From Octopus bimaculoides (taxonomy: Eukaryota), in the NCBI RefSeq assembly GCF_001194135.2, contig NC_068981.1, positions 191,688,739 through 191,750,258 on the forward strand: a DNA stretch of 61,520 nucleotides, given 5' to 3'. Shown piece after piece: positions 50,854-61,520 of the stretch (positions are counted from its first letter, which is position 1; each line of letters begins with the position of its first letter). The position numbers were made by a program, and so were the translations under genes. The notes below the pieces were generated by a model, which was not told where the DNA came from, made no database searches, and saw nothing but the letters and a program-made list of their open reading frames with translations.

Positions 50854-53094
50854 ACAATCATCTTCTTATTCTAAAGAACCAAAGTCTTCAGTATGTAATG
50901 TGGCAATGTTTTATTTATGTTTCAGGTTGCCGTAAGAGATCATTAAAGACTGGGAAGTCTCTAGCATTTGTAGTGACTTAGAGGGTTTTAACGACACCTT
51001 GTTCATTTGTTACTAGATGATTTCCTTGATGATTGTCTTGGTAATAGTAACCAGATTGTCATGTCCCCATGGAAGATTGTTCCTTTCTTTACAGTAAACT
51101 TTATTAACATGCAAAAAGTGTTTTCACATGCTGCAAATAAACAGCCAATCTAGTGAAGGGAACGTTATCTCTCTTCCAAATGCTAGTGTATATTTCAATT
51201 GAACTGACAACTACTTGTTGATCTAACAGAAAATAAGGTTCATACTTATTGTTAAGCATATTCTCTCTGCATTAGTCATTTTTAGTTTTTTAAATATATG
51301 GATTCATTTTCATTTGTATTCTGTTTGTATTCTATTGACTCATGATCTCGCTTTGAAGGTAATATATTTCCAATAAGTTCACAGATTTACTTATCTAATA
51401 TGAATCATATTGATTTCTGAATAAATGTATTCAGTGTTTCAGTCCTTCACTTTTCTGTGAATCCCATTGCTAAGTAATGAATAACGTGTTGTTTCATGTC
51501 AGTTCAACCATGATTGAACATAAGTATTCTGACCATGACCATCCTGTTTTATCTTTCTTAGGAAACTGGTTGGCTATTTCTAGCTGGTCAGTGACACCTT
51601 CAGATAACATGAAGAATCGTTTGCTCATGTGATATTTATAGTCTACATGCATATATTATTCAAAATTAAGAGAGTATAATTTCTTGTATAATTCTGTTGT
51701 AATTGTTTTCTTGAAGCATAAGAAATTGGTACTTGCTTTCTCTTTGTTATGAGGACTTCCTAGCAATCTCCAAATGTATATTTGATGGCTATTATACTAT
51801 TTAAGGCTTTGTGATTAATTTCTTTTGGTAATTGTTTTGCTAAACAAATTAAAGGGATTTCTGATATTGTGCCAGTATATAGAATGACAACTGACTGGAT
51901 CAAAATGATTTATTTCTGATTTCAGAATTAGTCATATTCCCTTTTCTTTTATGAATTGTTGCTTTTATTTTGTTCTTTGTGGAATTTTTCTCTATGTTAA
52001 TTTGCTACAGTTAATTTATGTTCTCTTCCCATTTTCCCAATCATTTTCTGAACATGTGTTCAACATTTAGGTCAACATCTATTGTGGTTTCACACACCCT
52101 AACCTTTGCCAGTTTCGAAAACCATATATGCTACAAAGTAAAAGGTTACTCTGATCCCCTGAAGAAATTTATATCACCTATTTTAGCTCTCATATAAGCA
52201 TTAACTGTTGTCTACTCTCTTTTCAAAATCTTTTTATTTTATTCAAACCTTTAAAAAAAATTTTTTTATATTAAACCTTGCATTTCCATTCACTAATATT
52301 GAAATATCCTTATAAAATAGATATGTTTGTGCAGTTATTCAACATTCTAACAAGAAGTAATAGCTTATATAGCAAAACTAAATAAAATTTAAAACAGAAT
52401 TCTGCCCCCACTTTTTTTTTTTCAACTTTTACATTTATTCTGATTCAGTAAGGCTATATTCTATCATATCTTGTGTTGTATTAAGCTACATTCTGAAATG
52501 AATCCCTTGTTTGTCTTTTTTTATATATATATTTTTTCAACACAGTGACATTTGGAAGCCAATTTCTCTTATTAACATTTCTTCCTGACTACAATTTGCA
52601 AAAGTTCAGAATAAGGGTAAAAGCTTGGTGTCATTTTCTTTTTCCTGTATGGCATGAAAATCTTTTGACATGTCTCTCATTAGTGTTGATGATAGGCCCT
52701 AATTCACACATTAATTTAAATGTAATCAATCACATTCACTTACTTATGAACCTTCTGTGTTGTAACTGTGCTTTTAAATAAAGTTTACCTTTGATATTTT
52801 TCACTTAAATTGCACAAAACCTAATTTATGTTAAATGGCTCTCATTGGAAATTTGCTTGACTCCTTTATAATAGATACACTAGTGATGAGCCATTGAGGA
52901 AATCTGTCATCAAAAAGAACCTAAACCTCCTTCGTATTATATCCTACCATCTTAAAAACAGGACACATTGGATAATGTAGCCATACATAAAATATAGCTG
53001 AATATAAGATGGGAAAGTTGGTTTGCTTATATGTATGTTAGTTATGGACAGCTTAATATTAGTATATATTAGTAGCATTGCCACAATTCTACTA

Positions 53095-53455
53095 ATGTAT
53101 GGTAGTGAGACATAGGCCTTGAATGCAGAGGATATGCGAAGGCAAGAGAGGAATGAAGTTAGTACGCTTTGCTGGATGTGTGCATGTATGAGAAAGGGGA
53201 AATGAGCTGCAAGAAAAGTTAGGCATAAGAGGAATTAGATGTAGCATGCAAGAGAGGAGATTGTGCTGATTTGGTCTTGTGATGTGTATTGACAAAGTGC
53301 TAATCAGTTAAAGTGGATTGAACTCCTGGAGGAGTGAAACCCAAGAAGATATAGTAGGAAATAATGAAGGCTGATCTCAAGATGCTAAGCCTTACAGAAG
53401 AGATGACAAAGGAGCAAGATTGTTATTTTGCTGTGTTCAAGAAGACCCGTCCATT
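53095..53455 (+). mobile_element. RTE ORF C-terminal remnant
   Basis: GSET*ALNAEDMRRQERNEVSTLCWMC; LGIRGIRCSMQERRL; DLKMLSLTEEMTK. A shorter remnant lies at 54600-54710(-) and another at 31780-31960(-). Confidence 0.8.
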
Positions 53456-54705
53456 ACAGCAAAAATAATATCCTAAAACCACTTTGTTATGCTTGTATAT
53501 CCTTGCAAGGCTCTGTCCTGCTTCTGTTTTCATCTGTCCCCCATCTATGGTACTCCTCAGCTGTTGTGCTCACCTGAAATCAGAATCAGAACATATTACA
53601 TCTCATCCCCTCCCTAATGATCTCCCACATTCCTCATCATCCCTGTTCACACTGTCTTAACCAATCACCTCTTTCCTGTGCCTTTAGCCACTGCCCTATC
53701 TCTCCTCTGCTATACTTCATTCTAAACACCTCTCTTAACTCTACTCTCTTTCTTAAGCCACTACTATATCTCCCCCATCATCTGCACCCCCACCCTTGCT
53801 CATCACTCAATACATTAATCTCTAACCTCTATCTCCACTGGTTCACACCCCCATGAATGCATCCACATACTCTCGTCCCTTCCTATGACTTACTGTCTGT
53901 ATCCTCTTTTATGCTCACCTTGCTCCCTGACAGTTTGATTTAACTCCTACCTTCCTCTTAGTTTCTTCAACCATGTATCTCCTCTATAGAAGGACAGTTG
54001 TGCTTGTCTCTCTATCATTCTTTGAGCCTTTCATCACCTGCATAAAGCCACCTTTCTCTCCCAAATACTTCTGCTTAGTAGTGGGCGTTTTTCTCTCCTT
54101 TTTCTCTGTTCTTTTAGGTCTTGCAAATTTTCATAGCAAACTCACTTGTGTCAGTGGCATGTAAAAAGCATCCAACACACTCTATAAAGTGGTTGACATT
54201 AGGAAGGGCATCCGGCTATGGAAATTACCAAAGCTTACACTGGAGCCTGACACAATCCTGCAGCTCACTGGTTCTCTGTCATACCATCCAACCAACGCTA
54301 GCATGGAAAGCAGACATAAAATGATGACGACAATGATATATATATATCATCGTCATCATCATGGTTATCAAAAGAAAGTGATTCTAGAGAGTGGGATAAC
54401 TGGTAGCACAAAAGGAGATGAAGTATGTGTTGTTGTGCTCTCATATGCTTAATCATATAAATACAGCTAAATAGTGCTGTAGTTGAGGGGTGATGGGATG
54501 AACGTTAAGAAGATGAGAAGTACAGAAGGCTTGACAGGGACAAATTAGGTGTTGGGGCAGGTCCCATTGTGTGTATAGTCATAAACATGATGTTTTTAGG
54601 ACCTCGCTTTTGTCATGATGGACGGATTTTCTTGAACATGGGGAATACCAATTCTCTTCATCCTTTGTCGTCTTGTCCATGAGACTCAACATCCTATGGT
54701 TGGTC

Positions 54706-54764
<59 letters not shown>

Positions 54765-56844
54765 GGTGTGTGTGGGAATAAGATCACCTCCATTGATGCT
54801 CAAAATAAATGATACTATATTAAAATTCCTTCCAACCATTCTTGACCTTGCCTATGATGTATCTAGAAGTGAAATTTTCTTATCTGCTATTAATAGTTAC
54901 AAAATCAAATATACTGATACTATTTCCATCACATTTCTCAAATAAATTAGCTACATCTGGAAGCAATGAAAAGAATCTTCTATGGGCTTCTAACCCAAAT
55001 CTCAAATACTGTTATTTCAATAATTTACCATATCACTGGTATTTAGCAATTTTAATAACTCCTAATTAGATGAAAAACTAAACTGTTTTCGCCATTTCTC
55101 TTGATATCCTAAGGTTACAAATTTGGCAACCCTGTAAATTATGATCTGAGTCAATAAACACTGTTAAACTTAACACCACTTTATTTTTTATTTTTATTTT
55201 TATTGGTAAGGAACGGAAAATATGATATTTATAAATGTAAATTAGAAGTACATTGATTAATAGATTACATCCATATTTTTTTTGTTATTCTATATGTTTC
55301 GTCTCTTAGTTTTTTCAATGTATTCTATATTCTGTTCTTATAGAAAACGGATTAACTTCAAAATTAAACTGCATAAAAACTCAATCTTAATTATTTTTTT
55401 GTGGAAGTGATTAGGAATTTACAAGCCTTTTATCTTTGTCTAATTTCTAAATATTTCCTTGTATTACAACTGTTCTTCATGTCAGCATTTTCAAGTTTAT
55501 TTATGCTTGGTTTTCTTTACCATGACGTGTCTTTTCAAACTGTATTTCAAGGAAGTATGTAGCCATTTATCTGCTTGTTTTGAATATCTAGGTCATGATG
55601 ATCTCTTAACTCTACCTTCATATTTTCTTTTCTTTGCTCATGTCCATTCTCTAGTTGTATTGATTGGTTTTTCATATCGATATTCGTTTCAGCCTTCGTC
55701 TAAGGTCAGCCTATTGAATATTTTAAAAATTTTATTTAGGTTTGTATGAAATATATTTTAGATAAATTCAATTTAATAATTTTAATAGTTCTAAATTTAA
55801 AATAATTTCAACAATTTGTGGCTTAACATCCTGGTTGAGTATACCTCTGAACAGTCATTTCAGTAGAATTGTTAGCATGCTAGACAAAATGCTTAGTAGC
55901 ATTTCTTCCAACGTATGTTCTGACATCAAATTCTGCCAATGTCGACTTTGTCTTTCATCCTTTCAGGGTTGACAACAAAAGTACTGGGGTTGATGTAATT
56001 GATCAACCACCACCTCCTCCCTAAAAAATTGCTGGCTTGTGCCAAAATTTGAAACCATTATTAAATAATTATCAAGATAGGTGCAGGAGTGGCTGTGTGG
56101 TAAGTAGCTTGCTTACCAACCACATGGTTCCGGGTTCAGTCCCACTGTGTGGCACCTTGGGCAAGTGTTTTCTACTATAGCCTTGGGCTGACCAAAGCCT
56201 TGTGAGTGAATTTGGTAGATGGAAACTGAAAGAAGCCCGTTGTGTATATATATATATATACATATATATGTATGTGTGTCTGTGTTTGTCCCCCCACCAT
56301 CACTTGACAACCGATGCTGGTGTGTTTACGTCCCCGTAACTTAGTGGTTCGGCAAAAAGAGACTGATAGAATAAGTGCTAGGCTTACAAAGAATAAGTCC
56401 TGGGGTCGATTTTCTCGACTAAAGGCGGTGCTTCAGTATGGCTGCAGTCAAATGACTGAAACAAGTAAAAGAGAGAGTATACCAGCGACTTCATACAGAA
56501 TGTATTCAAATATTCTTGTTTCCATTTAATCTTTAGCACAACTTTATGTAGCTATCAGTATGCTATATCATTCATTCCATATTGCTCAGACTTCAGTTCT
56601 AAACTAGAGAAAGTTCTGGCAAAGATCTAAACCAATGAAGAAAGCCAGAAATTAAATTGAATACATGATCCTAATCTAATAGTGGCACTCATCATGAAAT
56701 GTTTTATTGATTATTGATATTTTAATTGGAATTTCATATGAATAGCATTAAAACATACATGACTATTAAAAGAATTACATTATTATATGATTGTACTTTC
56801 TTAACTATAACTTTCATCTGTTAGACTCGTGTGTGTGTGTATGT

Positions 56845-57740
56845 GTGGGGTGTTTGGGCTAAATTTGATTTTGTTTATGTCTCCTTTTTTCAGGAAAAGC
56901 TAGATGTATTGGTGAACAGTCAGCAACATTGGAGAGCAAAAAAGATTAAAGTTGTAGTTAAGAAAAAGTTAACTGACATGGATGACTGGAAACTATCTGA
57001 TTATTGGAAAAGAGTTGCATATGTCATGATGATTTGCACAGTGTGTCAAAATGCCGACACCATGACTACTGCTCAATACTCTGTAAACATTGTAAAGGCT
57101 GTAAGATGTGACATGGACTGCTGCAATGGAGACTTTGAAGTTGTGGCCAGCAGAAAGGGATACAGCAGGATTTCTGATTGTGTCTGCATGATGGAATTCG
57201 CCTCTACATCTTTGGCTCAATTCAGATGACTAAGTGGAACTGTTAGGTCTGTGGTCAATCCCTGGCAGGAGAGAGTTGCTGCTGGAAGGCCATATGTATG
57301 GCAGCAAGATTCAACTCCTTACCATAGCTCCAGAAAGGGTCAGAAGTGCTTGTCAGAGAATCTTTATGACTTCATTAGCCCCATTTTCTGGGATCCTAAT
57401 TCCCTTGATTGTAATCTTATGGATTACTATATGTGGGGTGCACTTGAGAAAGACACCAACCACTCTGCCTGCAACACCAAGGTTGAACTGGTGGCCAAGA
57501 TCAAGGAGGTGTTTGAAGATCTTCCCAGGGACACAGTGAGGAATGCATGCACCAGGTTCCAGAGCCATCTTGAGGCCATGGGGGAAACTGAGGATGGCTA
57601 CGTTGAGTAAACTTATCTCCCAGCCATAATCTAGTTGATACTTTTTGATTCTTTTAAAAATACTTTTATTTTTGGATGGTATATTGTGTTTCCTTTTCCT
57701 CCTTTTATGCAAACTGTCAAATTTAGCCTGAAGACCCTGC
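56845..57740 (+). mobile_element. maT (DD37D) internally deleted transposon with both TIRs
   Basis: TIRs 56845-56868 / 57717-57740 (19/24); QQDSTPYH followed by 37 residues to D of LMDYYMWG; the first catalytic D region is absent. Confidence 0.9.
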
Positions 57741-60700
57741 ACTCACACACACACACAATAATATTTAATATCTACAGTATGTTTCAACTAGATTGATCTT
57801 TAGAAATTACAATTTTTAAATCTCACAATATGACTAGTTGTCACTTCGAAAAACTATATATTTCGAGTGGGAATTTGGCAGCGCCATCTCTAGCCGAACA
57901 ATTATTCTGTGCTGATGAAGAGAAATAACCCAGAAATCGTGATACACAGATATTGTTTTGAGCTGAGTTGGGGTGCTAGATTCCCTTGTTCGAAAATATA
58001 AGGACACAGATTATGTCGCATAGCCAGCTGGAGATGCTGTCTCCTGGGGCTAAATTACAGCAACATTAGTCCTAAACCAGGACTGCCATGTTATGTTGGC
58101 AAGCAATCTCTATTACAATAGATTGATCTTTGTCATCAGATGTCACATTCCTGGTTGTGTAGCAGGTCCTAGATTGAATTCCAGCTAGGAACATTTAACA
58201 ACTCAAACATTCAAGTAGTTTTTTTTTTTTTTTAAGTGTATGGTGAACTGCAAATGTGTTTGTTGTATGTCTGTTAGAGAATTAAAATATTAAGATATGT
58301 AACTGTTTTCATGTTTATTTCTCTGTTTATGGGCTCAGTCTCAGATTTATAAGATTACAGGGGAAATGTATACATGTATATGTAATCTATTTTATGTTTA
58401 TACATTTGCTTCTCTCCAATTTATGTTGATTCACAGAGGCTTTCTTTTCCCATTACATTTTTAAAGAATCAAAAAAATGTCCCTTTGAGAGTTTTCATCT
58501 ATATTTTTTAATTGATTTGTGTATGTTGAATAACTTTTGAAGAATACATTTTCTGTTGTTTGATGCTCCAAATAATGCAATATGTGATTCATAATAGTGA
58601 TTTGTTTAGAGTTTTACTACTTTCTTTTAAGTGAATCTTATTTTGTGTTGATGGTGTGAAGTGGAAAATTAATTTTTTTTTAAAGTTGTCATTATATAGT
58701 TTTCTTTGCATGAGTAAATCAATAATCTTAAGAGCATCCTTTCAGTTCTGTTGCAAAAATTATAGTTTTTATATAATGCCTTCACAATTTTTCTTTTTTT
58801 TTTGAGGGTGGTGGATGGTAGGCTCAGTAGAACACCAGACAAAATAGCATGTGGAGTGGGGTATTTTGCTATGTCCATTTACATTATGAGTTCAAATTCT
58901 GCCCAGGTTAGCTTTGTCATCCACAAGGTATGAAAAACAGTCATATACTGAGATTCAGTTTAGTCAAACATGTTCCCTGTAAATTTATGGCCTTGTGCTA
59001 ATGTAAGAAATCCATACTTTTTCTTTAATGTATCATTATCTCTTAAAAATGAATTTCCAGTCACAGTTATCAAATTAGAATGTTCCTATTGCTGATGGCT
59101 GCAATATGCTTTTTGGTTTTAATTTTTTATAATTCATTGATGAAAACAAGGGAACAGTTTGCACCTCACTTCCCTTGTTTTGGACAACTTGCATTTAAAC
59201 CCCCCAAAGTTACAACAAATACTAGTCCCACATTCTCTGACCTTTCTGAAGATTGGGTTCATGGGAGTCCAGATCAACTTAACCTTTCAGCACTGTCAAT
59301 AAAATAAGTAGTTGTATTTCTGTATTGGGTAAAGTTTGGCATTGGAATGATGTGCATTCTGATTTTTAAGACCAACTTATGAAGACAAAGTCTTTTGACT
59401 GACCACATATCAAATAGTTTTTTCTTTGATAAGAGAAGTCATAAATATTTGTGTGTCTTAGGATCCTTGAATATTTGTGAATATTTCAAAACATTTTATC
59501 ATATTTAAATTTGGTATGGTATAGAAATATTGAACGAAATGTTAAATGAAACTAAGTTGAAAATATTTCTGCACAAAATGTTTTAAAAGCATAAATATAC
59601 AATAAAAAAAATTATGTTGTGTAAATAATTTCTTCCTGGTTGTCAAACTAACACCATACATATTGGTACTCTTTGTGTGAGCTAAGAGGCTTTTTCAATC
59701 TAGCCATAAGCTATTCATTTTCAATGTCACAATGACCAGATTTAATTATACTCAGCTGAGAACTTTTGAAAACTGCAATTTAATTTATGCACTGTGTTGT
59801 TGAGAACATGTAAGAATACCTTTTGAATTCCATTTCACAGCAAGATGAAATATGTCAAGCATTTCAATATTCTTTGGTGTACTTATATATATATAAAATT
59901 AGTTGTAGATCATTATGACTACCTTTTAATTCTACATACTTCTTGTCTGAATTAATATATGAAACAATTTTAATGTAATATCTGAATTTAAATTGATATT
60001 TCTGTTAGGTCTATCATAATCTATCTGAAAAGGAAATATATAAAACAGTTTCCTGTAAGATTGGTAACCTACAAGGTATTTAATAACATTTCAAGATACA
60101 GTTCTATAATGGTGTAGACTTGTTATATGTGTTTGGACTTTATTTTACATTCTATGCTAAAAGTTTGACAGCATTGACCTGTACTCAGAAGAACTATTTA
60201 TTTGTATGATAGGTACAGGAGTGGCTGTGTGGTAAGAAGCTTGCTTCCCAACCACATGACTCTGGGTTCAATCGCACTGTGTGGTATCACAGGTAGGTGT
60301 CTTCTACTACAACCCTGGGCCAACCAAAGCCTTGTGATTGGATTTGGTAGACAGAAACTGAAAGAAACCCGTCGTATATGTGTGTGTGTGTGTGTGTGTG
60401 TCTGTCTGTCTGTGTTTGTCCTCCCACCATCGCTTGACAACTAATGTTGGTGTGTCTACGTCCCCATAACTTAGTGGTTTGACAAAAGATACTGATAAAA
60501 TAAGCACTAGGCTTGCAAAGAATAAGACCTGGGATCAATTTGTTCGACTAAAGGCAGTGCTCCAGCATGGCCGCAATCAAATGACTGAAACAATTAAAAG
60601 AATACTTAAATCATCTTAAAAAGCATTCAATTAGTTATGGGGAAAATATCTGAAATATCGCATATTCTTGATACTGCAGGTTGTTTGTTGATAACGAAGG

Positions 60701-61261
60701 CAAGTTCAGTGATTAGGGTACTTAGTTCCTGATCGTAAGGTTGTGGGTTTGATTGCTGACAGTGCATTGTGTCCTTGAGCAAGACACTTATTTCATGCTG
60801 CTCCAATCTACTCAGCCAGCAAAAATTAGTTGTACTTGTATTTCAAAGGATGTGTATGTCTGTGGAGTGCTCAACCACTTGCACGTTAACTTCACCAGCA
60901 GGCTGTTCTATTGATCAAATCAACCAGAACCCTTGTCATCGTAACCAGTGGAGTGCTAGTGTTTGTTGATATGAAGAGAGGTGAACTGTCTTGAATTTTC
61001 TGAATGAATGATTAGTACAGATAATTGAAGTTAATGTTTAAACTGTAATGTTTCACTGGTTATGAGCAGCACAGAAATTTAGGTAGTTTTAAAGATGTTC
61101 TATGTGGAATAGAAGTATTGGGCAAATTGTTTATGATGCAGTCACATAGACATTGTAAGATTTATTAATACAAACTCAGGGGTATTAAGTGATTTGAGTG
61201 ATATCTGTATGAAATTTAAAATAGAAGATACCATGATGGAGTTGTTACAGCATCAGATAGA

Positions 61262-61520
61262 ATCATCATCATCATCATCATCGTTTAACGTCCGCTTTCC
61301 ATGCTAGCATGGGTTGGACGATTTGACTGAGGACTGGTGAAACCGGATGGCAACACCAGGCTCCAGTCTGATTTGGCAGAGTTTCTACAGCTGGATGCCC
61401 TTCCTAACGCCAACCACTCAGAGAGTGTAGTGGGTGCTTTTACGTGTCACCCGCACGAAAACGGCCACGCTCGAAATGGTGTCTTTTATGTGCCAGTCCA
61501 GGGGCACTGGCAACGATCTC
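61262..61520 (-). mobile_element. Young RTE 3' end (family C), running off the window
   Basis: 61282-61494 identical by eye to 18339-18551; then a 13-nt deletion (cccgcacaagcca) bounded by gcca microhomology. Confidence 0.92.

Noticed and set aside
59080-59307. 75-aa ORF with a protein-like C-terminus
   Set aside because: No convincing acceptor, promoter context or recognisable motif.

Overview
AT-rich, CpG-depleted eukaryotic DNA dominated by retroposons, DNA-transposon remnants and microsatellites. The repeat repertoire resembles a coleoid cephalopod (octopus-like) genome; this is inference only. I can support no complete host protein-coding gene. Most ORF-track entries are microsatellite, low-complexity or TE read-through. 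Well supported: R4/Dong (REL-endonuclease) LINE ends embedded in (AAT)n; a Penelope-like GIY-YIG remnant; two Penelope-type hammerhead ribozyme motifs; RTE, BovB-like and CR1-like LINE fragments; a Gypsy pol remnant; two mariner (DD34D-type) and two maT (DD37D) elements; a hAT MITE; a TA-flanked hairpin MITE; and at least four SINE-like families that swap modules. Weaker: a CpG-rich promoter-like island at about 10.55-11.15 kb with a candidate first coding exon, and a candidate plus-strand neural-type microexon at 25944-25961. Three N gaps (10010-10310, 24030-24090, 37921-37930) limit interpretation. All alignments were done by eye.
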